From positions 1-64,000 of the forward strand of contig CAZCME010000023.1 in assembly GCA_964499705.1 (NCBI GenBank): a DNA stretch of 64,000 bases. The letters run 5' to 3'. A program made the position numbers and the translations under genes. Positions 31,601 to 37,708 of the stretch are shown one piece after another; position 1 is the first letter of the stretch, and each line of letters begins with the position of its first letter. This stretch comes from an uncultured bacterium. GTDB lineage: Bacteria; UBA8481. Below the pieces are notes generated by a model. That model did no database searches. It was not told the origin of the DNA and saw only the letters and a program-made list of their open reading frames with translations.

Positions 31601-34163
31601 ACTCCAGCCCGCGACGGACACGCTGACGCACCTGGCGCCGACGTTCCGGTGGACTCATCAGAACCAGTCTTCGATGCCACAGACCGCGTACAAGCTGGAG
31701 ATCGACGACGATCCGCTCTTTGCTTCTCCGAGCACGGTCATGACCTCGTCATCCGCGGATTCAGCCGTGACGCTTTCAGGCGACAATATTCTCGCCGTCC
31801 GTGGGACCATGCGCCTCTACTGGCGCGTCCGTACCGCGGTTTCCGGCACCGACTTCGGTCCCGCCGCCGATTCGTCTTTCATGGCATCTCTCAACGCGCC
31901 CGCCGCGCCGGCGCTTCTTACGCCTGCGAACGGAACGGAAACGGCCGCCTCTTCGCTCACGTTCTCGTGGACGCACAGCGATCCCGAAGGCAATCCCCAG
32001 ACCGGATACGCGCTCCGGATCGCCCGCGACACGACGTTCTCGAATCCGATCTACTCGGAGGCCGCTTCTTCCTCCTCCGCCTCGAAGACCCTCGCGATGT
32101 CTCTGTCGGGCGGAACGTATTACTGGACCGTCGCGACGCGAGACGCCGTCGATCTCGGCTCATTCGCCGCGGCGCGGAGTTTCTCCGTCGATACGCGTTC
32201 GCAAACGCCGCTCCTCAATGATCCGTCGCCCGGCTTCCTCGCGACATCTCCTGCGATCTCCTTCGGCTGGACCCACCGCGACGTCGGTGGCCAGCCGCAA
32301 TCCTCCGCGCAGATCGATATTTCCCTCGATTCGTCGTTCGGATCGATCTGGAAATCGCGGACGATCACCGGTAACACGCAGGGTTCGGACTTCACCGGGA
32401 CCGACAGTCTCTTTCTCGTGGGAGAGTCCACCGTCTACTGGCGCGTTCGGACGGCGAGCTTCGGCACGGATTACGGCGCATTCTCCAGCACTTCGTCCTT
32501 CGTCATCCGCATGAACCTCCCGCAGTCACCGGTCCTCACTTCGCCCGTTTCGCGGTCGGTCACGCGCAGCCCGGAACTTGTCCTCCACTGGCAGCATCGC
32601 GACTCCGCGCCGCAGCAGCGCTTCGAGCTCCAGGTCGCCCGCGACTCCGCGTTCACTTCTCCGACGCTCGTCAGCGGCGCCGCGGAAGAGGAAGCGCTCT
32701 TCGCGCCGAACGATTGGACGACCCGGTACTGGCGCGTCAGGACCGCCAACGCGGCGGGCTGGAGCAGCTATTCCGATTCGCTGTCCTTCAACCATCCCTT
32801 CTGGAGAGTCGCGTCGCGTACCAGTACTCCGAAAATCCCCGCGGGAGAAACGGTGACGTTGACATTGCAGCTCCTGACGGAGACGGGTGTGCCGACGGAG
32901 TGGGTGCCGGGAGTCCGGTTCACGCTCGGATCGGTGACGCTGGCGTCGGAAGACTTCTCGTCCGACGCCACGACCGGATCGATCGCGGTCCGTATCGACA
33001 CGGCCGGTGTCTACAGGATTCGAGCCTCGCAGGAAGACATTTCCAGCGAGAGCGCGACACTGTATGTCATCGTCCGGCCGGCGACAGGAGACACGTACGT
33101 CATTGCGAGCGGCCGGAACGGCGTCGGCCAGAGGGTGATGGACGACGACACATCCGTGACCGTCATCCTTCGGGTGCCGAATCCGGATTCGTCGCTCAGG
33201 CTCCGGATTGCGACATCCTGCGACACGCTTATTCTAGGACCGTCCGCCCCCACATCCTTCGATACGAACTTCGCGCGCTGGGACAACGTCTCCGTCGCAC
33301 TTTCGGGAGGCGGCAGAATCTGCTTCCACGTGATGCGCGGAGCCGACACGGTCTCCTCCGTGGAGGCCATGGTCTTTGTGAGGCCGGCAGTGGCGGGGCG
33401 ATTCCGGGAGAGCGATACGGCCGAGCAGTCGATCGTCGTGGAGGTCCCTGCCAACGCGTCCGATACGCCCATCTTTGTCTTTGTCCGTCGCAATGTCTCG
33501 GATAGCGCTCACGAGAACGCCACTCGCGACGCGCGCACAAAAGGCCGGAAGCTCGTGGAATCGTCCGTCGTCGAGATAACGGCCGAGGACATCGACGGGC
33601 GACTCATCGAAAACTTCCGCAACAATCTCACGCTCAAGATGCCTTCCTCGGGTGGACAGCGCTTGAGGATCGCGTATCTCAAGAATGGCGCATGGGTGGA
33701 AGTCGACGAGACGAACTTCGACAGCGCCCTGCAGGAAGCGAGCGCCGGGACCGATCACCTTTCCGTGTGGGGCTTGACAGTCGCCGCGGCGGGATCCGGA
33801 AGTGTCCAGTCCGTCCGGATCTATCCTAATCCATGGCGAGCCGACGGCCCGACTGCGAATCTCGCGACATCCAATCCCGCGCACGGACTGAAGTTCGACC
33901 AGATGCCTTCGGGAACCGTCCGGATCCGCGTCTACACGATCGCCGGCGAAATCGTCCTCGACGGTTCGCTCGACCCGGCTTCCCTCGGCGCCACCGCCGC
34001 CAACGGCCATCTCCAGGTCGTCGACGTCGGCGGCGCCACGGGTCAGGTGACACGGTGGGACCTTGCGAACCAGAATGGCCAGACCGTCGCATCGGGAGTG
34101 TACATCATCGTCATGGAGGGGCCTGGCGGAAAGGCGACCCGGAAGTTCGCGGTCATCCGCTGA
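16626..34163 (+). CDS. Giant (~5,840 aa) secreted multidomain surface protein: CBM/DOMON-like, 4 lamin-tail domains, 2 parallel beta-helix + FN3 modules, Ig-like, TolB-like propeller, 6 tandem FN3-like repeats, C-terminal T9SS-type-A/FlgD-Ig domain; likely start ATG 16650 or 16659
   Basis: 17.5-kb uninterrupted ORF; signal peptide; INEV/FVELYN LTD motifs; GI.L..S..N.I beta-helix repeats; YWRVRT repeats; YPNPW...IRVYTIAGE...WDL.NQNG..VASGVYI tail. Confidence 0.92.
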   Translation: MRSGIESEMRIMRRPWALLLLFTWCLAADANPNNLRATGTITNGDWSATDFDLAAPGAFPNTGIWSTTAVDPDDGSLQYKFVDDRDADQWQDHWGGNGGGGDIAWPGFDQVNAANYNATESGKWNITTTSGKFYTFRFLEVERANTSCAVLVTGAAPVSISAVRDEPDTSNSGPISIAITLSGAPSAEEDILLVYTNDAWATRTVVDATGSGANWNAQIAGQKSGKTILYYVVTSTVNAATFAALTTDNDRNLMSLKGDNNGGSNYQYSVAYVRVAGEQTGWSTTQDTMTTSLNWPDSSVWTKRQQITATTNEDFKFVRGTSASDWAGQWTFGNDATPDNVNSDSMLTLQFLTSDPRDDMKIQSVTANNYFTFRLDTSALRGIVMQTAAVPVSITTVQTIPDTSSVSDVTCSVSVSAALSAEERLLLVYSMDGWATRKAVLATQVSGADYNATIPRATSGTRVQYYAVTTTASASVYEGYTYAQQMVATLAGNNNNGATYGYNVTPVAKTMHTIYPPRGVHGLGGRAFSDSEVMGLGGADKTAYMTWDTTYIYVAFVSTATNADNTNKYNVAFDLNPGAADGATALFSTRSNWNNSNRPDVAYQIVNSVVNRYPDDGGTGWSGGSDVTSSCTTSFQYDNAGAADTVIVGIPRSNIGIASTLDSVTIWMWACTNGEALLQNFDNSVYGFNYLATDSGMAPNDTTAEGSLASFTVTPRRSRTDSFTVVVTPPTSVDASSYGGFYYKVDTPPGSDTDGTLVVGARVIAVSAQTGAASESVYVWPVDRCLNASRANRIGSTWRYDKLNYWPDTIVINEVLAVDATNNVKISPVIADSFCFVELYNASAVSVDVSGWVIADTGTSGTVTTWTIPAATTLPTGKYLVYHMKTGTNYTDSWGTIHCFPASNQSINPGTASKISAYSLYNSSSLDSAHLIDFFVVSTAAGPTVNYSDSMALARSIWDSGSVYRAVTTMTGTSVGLSPDGNDNDTTTDWVHATSAPTWSPGFSNGDGSRQTIGSNDIRFTNADYSTNRETAVVPGDTIHVYARVTTDANAGGINNVPLIVYSARDTIVITLRETGNNSKDFIGYFTTTKIYTNKKDNELFVVEPDIIFCTTVIGGGTDTYTTQHAADSIYVQVGRNFWYLNDGSTTGDSFTSAAGDDANDGLTKSTPKLTLGAIISLMSPGDTVLIDSGRFTLGASVAPKSWDAFIGMDSHNTVLNMASLYKFTITNESNVVLRDLAIHDPNINAIATNNADSCEFTRLRILNGAGTGASVEINNGSDSNRISQLWITGGAGYGINLIGSDSNLLENCLVETRTQYGILLNSGADTNVLRICTVRGGAQSGIVVDGSTGNRIETWVSENNANIGVILAASAKSNLMRWGTSRNNAQIGFQLSNAAQDNTVESNAIINNTQSGLQVTQTSTSRNLIKSNLIRSNSQWGIHVTTDADANYYVTNIVDSNAFEGIYIEGGSQNSFFIGNRIAYNGGTDATRDGVEVFDGTGNIFSQNEFDSNTGYAMVLTVATTVNKNTFLRASGGQTDSVSCNVIGQDLTRNYWGAIDTTSIRNRIAGGQAATATYTSYRLGPVDTTSASVDTVAPRAPDTVSASPYSPTEIQISWHPATVDEQTNPFSVNTTAYKIYRSTDSMNWALRGTVDNTTLTYIDSGLAGGITYLYKVTAYDDNAIRKNEAAFVDTNANSTVQDLSTIPNAWYVNDTTYDANDSFCSAVGNYSNGGSSASAPFIRIDSAFATLSAGDTIFVDAGTFLAFDTLRVKVGPVWIIGVDSSKTIINFNDSSAASFRAIICTYTFQSTIRDLQVKNAWNAIYVHNTDSAEIVRCRSSNSYIGFNFESGSESGSVVACRSDSNDAFGFYFGDADWWTLNNCLSESNISTGYYFTADADSNRLTTCASYFDRLDAFEVTGGCDSNTFISCQGVNNISGAGFAINGGRDNTFRLCSSKNNSNQGYWIASNDNNFVLDTASGNTVGYFMNFVSGIWVYGCTATQTTSYGFQFYGSSYDTVTLCRAETSVSHGIFVNNNSDFNLISYSTSVGNISSGDGFQAAVGSDSNLFLGNYASGNGGAGFAIQDTGINNTLRSNSSINNTAQSYWNAPDYTFFFDNIARGGTSGITYNTAGFGVVDGCTLTGSSGYGIELNGSSWNDLRNNVISGHTSDGIRVGNQTQGCTLSYNVISGNGDVGIRVFDNGDNNYLVGNRVETNVTDGILLQGAGAGTTDNCYLRANYIRANKVSGLKLLSATNNLLEDNEADSSGDYALFVDAPSTGNTFRQNNFNPKAGDTTLILMAPEDQAFYRNWFGTTDSNAVRGRIIGDGADRILYIPYRLSPIDTSTYGTDTVSPAAPDTIAAVAITASTIKVSWGPVTTDEESDSNAISLTGYRVYRATSSTATDWTLFGAVASGVTELVDSNLASATAYYYRVAAFDAVTPYPNVSFWSAVSTGETTFFRTNSWHIATNNEPDTATDADAYMRTTTRDGVDTMWPRRRTTDSGVIFWLGKFPTTDTPTAAMYYRTSDSVGWDSISYSETTTIASPSNAYFRFILSQENTAQWDRGDTIYYYFRLTGARNDTTYVFGSNAPDNVTTNDSEQSESMAQANPYAYVIRSTKPIATTVSNPLSGADVYNRRPTISWKAAVDVDTPADDGITDYFFDFDDNADMSSPITAEQGWKGNVTSYTIASNLTIDQTYYWRVNAKDSYGFVSDSSSIFNFTVRLGARGIDGDTSDWSSSYPTANDTSLIKDSEFIWKGAHVDRRVDFNPPDADNNYDMNYFRVTADPSNIYFLWSALDIVSTANPMISIGVDTDMAYRSGAKDLGGNCKTTAHPDSALPEIAILANITRTGYWPTNLGADQFYTRGAGWIEAADTSNSIELSMPWNDLGKSLPCRIRLTVVGGKANGIDYAQSGGWDANTMSRTLDGITLKERKDSQSGNWYGEVTTPDTTAAYYFEVDFDTWGKAIPNKMMVTPPPDRQNTLTPFTVTVRAADFNGNACPQFAESVSFSHNGAGTLTTIDTTAWVNGVMTATLMYSRQETVTITCKDMKNGKTGNCTVAFRAKPVVRISEVGVAYTTSDADSDFVELFVAYDHNDGQGVDLKNWKIYTTTSGSPQLRKTLGTMSVKESSFITLWFEGDPAGDEVTDGTDSRANLFTAATNSSMPSTEGLIQLVTDVAGETIDAVPWNDGNASAAAIDAQLQLLVDTSLWSPDNDTDNMVLNTLLGTKGYAARRSASFTDSNLEGDWTPDTQTPGNYPGSSYVVYTDSASPSASGDSFSLRIFAVDSRGDSIVNGRFRPMLTLSAGTLTTMRASNRIAFDVKHPDFFSGDTRCSVAVFGTQGAQTITCASGSMSGQVALTVQGILDSFLLNAPLQEKRADSFSLRIRASDRNNNTISTFTGAVTLSISDYNIVPTTVTFIAADNGDTTIPCQIGGAAAAGALTITASGGGKTGTCTTTPLTDTSFFITEFLPNDTDRPRISPARDRDEFVEFFNAGAASRAIGGYTFRMITVSGTDRTYTFPALTVPAGKFVVVHFNKQGVDDMNFNDTDKAAHLYSFNSSPAMTDSEDIIPHSSVPIGLFLYSSSTQDSTTVVDYVGFDGGASSDAGLPDTDAVNGGIWTNALTLNLPTTAENQKGRSFYRVNERVDANGQGSAEWSTIASDGTTDSYRYTEGFSNVNTQPTSPTITLRTTSSVAGDTFVAGDTISITLNGTDGDAASINTTNVFVYSDTDGQGIVVTLTETTANSGRFIGEAYAATSPLESNDGMRIIAAQPNDSLTVQWVVSPTVKKSTASTGELNNFYFEAPAVVQSGELFTITIRARDAGNYTVSNYSGNISLGATDSIVYPDSVNILSGGNGETSAVVSLGASSGLVTLTCTGSTKIGTVQVRVIADTALLVNEVMPNPGVIDWNGSGAADEAQDEWIELYNKSTDAIDLTAMKVTHAQSTTNITLGDSILPKGYVTIYRYTTNNAVSYHFDSMGILVNTKSGLTGGWSDNAPNGGSTFSILTPNNETLAVLVYPSMENDSSYGRAPDGVSAWNSFKKPSQGLAPNLGPDTISSFNALFTVDAPVNVQLNSAFTMNAALLTRNGDTVTSFTETAQIIVVTNGAASPASASFTNGVTATSVTYTAGNTNESSGLYVRRYAGIQGFDTVTIITSSALSRETSQVSVEQGIANGVDTGGIQVVVLTAAGAGVSGIVVSCTSSKGALDTITPSSYTTTANGVCTFTIVSRDTAPSKIWVVADGMSLYDSPSLTWLDPNESGVSTNFGTKSTLLTVDDDSHFILFPVWRPDGKALAYMAKTAAVDTWCIYVVYDDGAHNDGSANDGTFSDPLQVTSTTHCVFPGSRPCFTDILDAGGARVAMGAGGDGVPDIVYSAFNGNNRKDLYVVRANAEDSLTAKGSLVRLTDNSGNWTSPTSTPDTDAMYAIFQGSMYRIYGKGTLQWGSWASAEKILEAGTAVDFMIAGEPYAVVDIAPYDKNMCAVTLVLNKIGIPLKNKRSYIGVVVGLDTAQYRQWTETSAVKLVNRPDSMIAWNLSWDTGGRALSWARDINGNFSWLNLWSRHAAPEAAYVGTNFDVEVVYVTETGSTPNRPTSLINNVANFNDQSANFSQGSEARIAYCTYDTTVAGGQVKLNIVNIDGVTAVNTSGGILFQNGRVTAVVDEGDNLSGSVEIKVVKPTSAPSNSTPESIALTGNAREFFPHGHTFDDSITVILYYDAADLTAASITDGTAGEYSLKVYWYNSTVGRWEDYHAVVDPTNRNGALGSLTFQTNHFSTFGVGLEVGNKPSEPALISPADGSTISSLSQVFTWQHYDTTARPQTSFRLQIAPDTGFSSTMADVIRDQAETSTSVTLPIGDSALWWRVQTAASGRAFGSWSGYRAFTTAIHPPDAPALVAPAANSDTTVFTPLFAWQHVDRDTDPQSRFQFTIATDSSFVNEVHSIATESTASSTQVPGGLAAGSYYWRVRTADLTGYGAWSAIRSLRVSSQGLSPLLQPATDTLTHLAPTFRWTHQNQSSMPQTAYKLEIDDDPLFASPSTVMTSSSADSAVTLSGDNILAVRGTMRLYWRVRTAVSGTDFGPAADSSFMASLNAPAAPALLTPANGTETAASSLTFSWTHSDPEGNPQTGYALRIARDTTFSNPIYSEAASSSSASKTLAMSLSGGTYYWTVATRDAVDLGSFAAARSFSVDTRSQTPLLNDPSPGFLATSPAISFGWTHRDVGGQPQSSAQIDISLDSSFGSIWKSRTITGNTQGSDFTGTDSLFLVGESTVYWRVRTASFGTDYGAFSSTSSFVIRMNLPQSPVLTSPVSRSVTRSPELVLHWQHRDSAPQQRFELQVARDSAFTSPTLVSGAAEEEALFAPNDWTTRYWRVRTANAAGWSSYSDSLSFNHPFWRVASRTSTPKIPAGETVTLTLQLLTETGVPTEWVPGVRFTLGSVTLASEDFSSDATTGSIAVRIDTAGVYRIRASQEDISSESATLYVIVRPATGDTYVIASGRNGVGQRVMDDDTSVTVILRVPNPDSSLRLRIATSCDTLILGPSAPTSFDTNFARWDNVSVALSGGGRICFHVMRGADTVSSVEAMVFVRPAVAGRFRESDTAEQSIVVEVPANASDTPIFVFVRRNVSDSAHENATRDARTKGRKLVESSVVEITAEDIDGRLIENFRNNLTLKMPSSGGQRLRIAYLKNGAWVEVDETNFDSALQEASAGTDHLSVWGLTVAAAGSGSVQSVRIYPNPWRADGPTANLATSNPAHGLKFDQMPSGTVRIRVYTIAGEIVLDGSLDPASLGATAANGHLQVVDVGGATGQVTRWDLANQNGQTVASGVYIIVMEGPGGKATRKFAVIR

Positions 34164-34278
34164 GGAGGAGCGTATCGTGAAGAAAGTGTACGAATTCTTA
34201 CTTTCATTCTTCCTCCGCCCTCCTCGGACGGAGGAAATCCTGTGGAGCTACATGAAGTTCGCGAACGGCCTATCCTGC

Positions 34279-34325
34279 TCTGTACCCATTTTCATCTTTT
34301 TTTTCGGAGTCCGGAGCACTACACT
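34279..34325 (+). promoter_or_regulatory. Conserved 28-bp motif plus -10 box upstream of Tad unit 1
   Basis: TCTGTACCCATTTTCATCTTTTTTTTCG is 26/28 identical to 38622-38649; TACACT lies 6 nt before the ATG. Confidence 0.75.
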
Positions 34326-34331
34326 TAACCC

Positions 34332-35297
34332 ATGTCGAGGCTATTAGTGCGTCCGGGTTTGCGTGCACGGCGCTCACGCCGCTGGTCGGGCCAGTACATG
34401 GTCGAGTTCGGCATGACGTTCATCTTCTTCATCTTCATCATCCTGGCCGTCATCAACCTGATTCTCCTCGCCTACAACTTCAATCTCGCCCAGCGAACGG
34501 CCTGGGAATGCGCCCGTCGCGCGTCAGTCGGCGCGTCGAACAACGAGATCCGTGAAATCATCTATTCCCAATTCATCGAGAAGATGTTCGCCTCCCCTTT
34601 TCTCATGACAAAGCTCACATTCGATTCGCGAAGCTTCGTCGTGCCGAATGACCAGTACGATCGGATCCAGAGCGAATATGTCACGATCAACATGGGCTTC
34701 AGGGCGGGATTTTCGTTTCTCCTGGGGTCCGCCGTCACCGCGAATTTCCCCGTGACTTCGTCTCTGTACATGATCGCGCCTAACGACGCCGACGGCGACG
34801 GCCGATACGATACGCGCCCGCCGCTGCCGGTTACGACGCAGACCGGACGGGCCATCGCCGAGCTTGTTGATACGCTCTGCCGTGGAAATTTCGCCATGAC
34901 GGACAGCCCGGACTATCAAGCCGACCATGACAACGACCGTATTGACGACGTCCGATCCGATACTGACGACGATAACGACGGCATACCTGATGCTCAGGAT
35001 TTCGGTTTCGTAGGCTACGACAACCCTAGCTCCAGCTACGTCATCGACAGCGCGGGATACGGAAACTGGATTGCCAAGCCCAGTGTCTCCAAAGGGCGTT
35101 TCGCCGCGCGCCCCATCTGGCTTCTGTCTGATTTTGCGACCTTCGATTCCGGCCCTCGTCCCATCTTCCCGATGGCCATACCGCGCGACCGGTATTCTAC
35201 GAATGGCACTGTCGCCATCGGCATCCGCATCGACATGTCCCGCGATACCGACAATGACGGTTGGGAGGACAAGTTCGTGAAGTGGCAGAAGCTATGA
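34332..35297 (+). CDS. TadE-like Flp minor pilin with Asp-rich Ca-binding repeats
   Basis: SG|QYMVEF prepilin motif + TM, ECARRASVG; DADGDG, DHDND, DDDNDG, DTDNDG repeats. Confidence 0.8.
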   Translation: MSRLLVRPGLRARRSRRWSGQYMVEFGMTFIFFIFIILAVINLILLAYNFNLAQRTAWECARRASVGASNNEIREIIYSQFIEKMFASPFLMTKLTFDSRSFVVPNDQYDRIQSEYVTINMGFRAGFSFLLGSAVTANFPVTSSLYMIAPNDADGDGRYDTRPPLPVTTQTGRAIAELVDTLCRGNFAMTDSPDYQADHDNDRIDDVRSDTDDDNDGIPDAQDFGFVGYDNPSSSYVIDSAGYGNWIAKPSVSKGRFAARPIWLLSDFATFDSGPRPIFPMAIPRDRYSTNGTVAIGIRIDMSRDTDNDGWEDKFVKWQKL

Positions 35298-36112
35298 GAA
35301 TCCGCCGGTCACTCCGCGCCAACCGCAGGGCGCAGGCTCTCATTGAAGTCTTCTTCGTGACAATCCTCTTCATCTTCGTGGGCGTGATGGGGTACGAAGG
35401 GGGCGTGATGTATCACAACGTCGACGTCATCCATAATTCCCTGAAGCAGGCCGTCTGGGTCGCATCCATGGGCGCGCAGGACGAGGACATCATGCCCATC
35501 ATCGCCGACGCCGACACCCAGCTTCTCCGTTCCGTCTTCTTCGACCACATGGCGAGCGGTTTCACCATAACCGTCTGGATTCCTACTCCCACAGGTCTCC
35601 AGCTCTACGCGCCCACCAGCTCCGATAAATTCCTGACCGGAGGAGCCACGGACCCGAGCACGGGCGAAATCAGCCACGCAGCCTATGTATGGCGCGCCTT
35701 CAACATGAACATCCGAATCGGCCTCAACTACAAATTCGGCTATTATTCTCCCTATTTCAACGCCATGCCCACGAACATCCTGAATCTGCCTCTCTCCGCA
35801 AGCCAGCCGATCACAGCATCGAACGACAACGACTTCGACGGCATGGTGGACCTCTACGAGCGCGAGGTATACTCCGGATTAATGGGGCTCGCCTGGACCG
35901 CCATGAGCCATACCGACAATATTAACTATGCGTCCGACGCCGTGAACACCGACATTGACCGGGACGGTGTCGCGGACAATACGGAAATCGGGTTCGGCAT
36001 GTATGATTATGATAACGACGGTTTTCTGGACAATATTGATGATAATACAAATCTTCTCCGGAATCCGCGCATAGGTGACAGCACGCCGGCACTTGTGCTG
36101 CCCACGTCATGA
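35294..36112 (+). CDS. TadE-like Flp minor pilin with Asp-rich Ca-binding repeats
   Basis: RA|QALIEV + TM; DNDFDG, DIDRDG, DYDNDG repeats; ATGA overlap. Confidence 0.72.
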   Translation: MRIRRSLRANRRAQALIEVFFVTILFIFVGVMGYEGGVMYHNVDVIHNSLKQAVWVASMGAQDEDIMPIIADADTQLLRSVFFDHMASGFTITVWIPTPTGLQLYAPTSSDKFLTGGATDPSTGEISHAAYVWRAFNMNIRIGLNYKFGYYSPYFNAMPTNILNLPLSASQPITASNDNDFDGMVDLYEREVYSGLMGLAWTAMSHTDNINYASDAVNTDIDRDGVADNTEIGFGMYDYDNDGFLDNIDDNTNLLRNPRIGDSTPALVLPTS

Positions 36113-36119
36113 TCGCTGA

Positions 36120-37649
36120 ATGAAGGATGAAATCAGAAAGGATGTGAGAACCATGGAGCCGACGATACGGATGAGGAACCAACATGGGCTGCGACGGAAA
36201 CGGCAGCGCGGTTCCTATCTCGTCCTGGCCGCGTTCGTCCTCGTCGTGCTGATGCTCGCGAGCGGTCTCGCCGTCGATGTCAGCCGAAAGTTCTCGCTCG
36301 AACAAAACTGCCAGGACATCGCCGACGCAGCCGCGATGGCCGGCGCCAACATGCTCCCGGACGCGGCCCGCGCGCGCCTGGCCTGCAGCACATACATTCA
36401 GACCTTCATGAGCGCCGCGAACGGCCAGTATGTTCTGGAAACCAACGCCATCCAGATCCGTGTCGATACGGCTACTCGAAGCTGCACGATCGGTGTCATC
36501 ATTTCGGGAACATGGGATCCCGTCCTCATGCCGACCTGGCTGCTGGGCGATGAGCGCTACCAGACATCCCGTTATTCCATCGCCGTGATGGCCTGGGACA
36601 CCATTGGCGGGGGAACTATCGGAGCCACCATTGATGACCGCGGTTTGGACACAATGGCCTTTTTCATCGGCGACACTTATTCCGTCGCGAACAATCCTCA
36701 ATGCGGCGGGGGATACGAAGCCGATATCAGCGGTCAGAATTTTTCCGTGCATGGAGCAAGTCAGATCAATCATGATTTGAACGTCAACGGAGCCAATGCC
36801 GAATTTGACGGACAAGTCAATGTCGTCGGAACTTCAACAGCTCCCGGCGCAACCTTCTCGCCGGCTGTTACGACCAGTGCGCCGATTGTCGCCATGCCCA
36901 AGCTCGATGAATCCAAGATGAACGTCGATATCAACCTCGATATCAACGATCCCGATGTCGCCGCCTATTTTCCCCTGAATGTCGCGAAATCACTTGTGGC
37001 CGGCGGAACGGACGGAAGGATCGGTGTGGGTGGGGACGATATCACGATCAAGGCGTCCAACAGTGCCTGCAACAACCAGACCGATGTGACGGTGACCTAC
37101 ACGGGGACCGTTGCGGGCCATCAGCAATGGTCCATCTCCACCGGAAACAACCTGCGCATCAACTCGGCATGCTTTGCAAGCGGTCTCGGTAACGGCCTAG
37201 ATCTGAAGGTAAACGGCGATGTTGTCATGACCTCGGGAGATGGCATGGACGGATTCATCTGGACAACCGGATCGTTGGAACTCCAGGGCACTATGAACGC
37301 GGATTTCAACATGACTCAGGATAATCCAGGACTTTGCGTCTACACCGGTCCGCCGGCCGATCCGACACTCCCAAGCTTCCTCTGCTCCGCCAACCTCAGC
37401 CAGCAATCATTCATCGGGCTCCTTTATATCGATGGGAATTGCAAATTCAATGGAAATGGATCGAACAATGAGGACACGATCCTCGGAGGGCTTTGGGCAA
37501 AACGCATTGACGACGACTGCTCCGCGGGCTTGTTCGGCAATAACTGGGGTATAACCGGAGATCCCTCCAAGATCGGCGATATCCCTCTTGTGCCGCTCTC
37601 TTCGGAACCGGTAAGAAACGCAGCGCCCAATGTCTGGCTTGCCAGGTAA
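36120..37649 (+). CDS. TadG-like (Tad domain) pilus assembly protein/adhesin; start may be 36153 or 36171
   Basis: QRG|SYLVLAAF..LAVDVSR..Q.IADAAAMAGA motif. Confidence 0.85.
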   Translation: MKDEIRKDVRTMEPTIRMRNQHGLRRKRQRGSYLVLAAFVLVVLMLASGLAVDVSRKFSLEQNCQDIADAAAMAGANMLPDAARARLACSTYIQTFMSAANGQYVLETNAIQIRVDTATRSCTIGVIISGTWDPVLMPTWLLGDERYQTSRYSIAVMAWDTIGGGTIGATIDDRGLDTMAFFIGDTYSVANNPQCGGGYEADISGQNFSVHGASQINHDLNVNGANAEFDGQVNVVGTSTAPGATFSPAVTTSAPIVAMPKLDESKMNVDINLDINDPDVAAYFPLNVAKSLVAGGTDGRIGVGGDDITIKASNSACNNQTDVTVTYTGTVAGHQQWSISTGNNLRINSACFASGLGNGLDLKVNGDVVMTSGDGMDGFIWTTGSLELQGTMNADFNMTQDNPGLCVYTGPPADPTLPSFLCSANLSQQSFIGLLYIDGNCKFNGNGSNNEDTILGGLWAKRIDDDCSAGLFGNNWGITGDPSKIGDIPLVPLSSEPVRNAAPNVWLAR

Positions 37650-37708
37650 ATTCCTTTCATGCAGGGATTACGCTCCGCCTGATATGATCCGCTGAGGCAT
37701 GAAATCCC

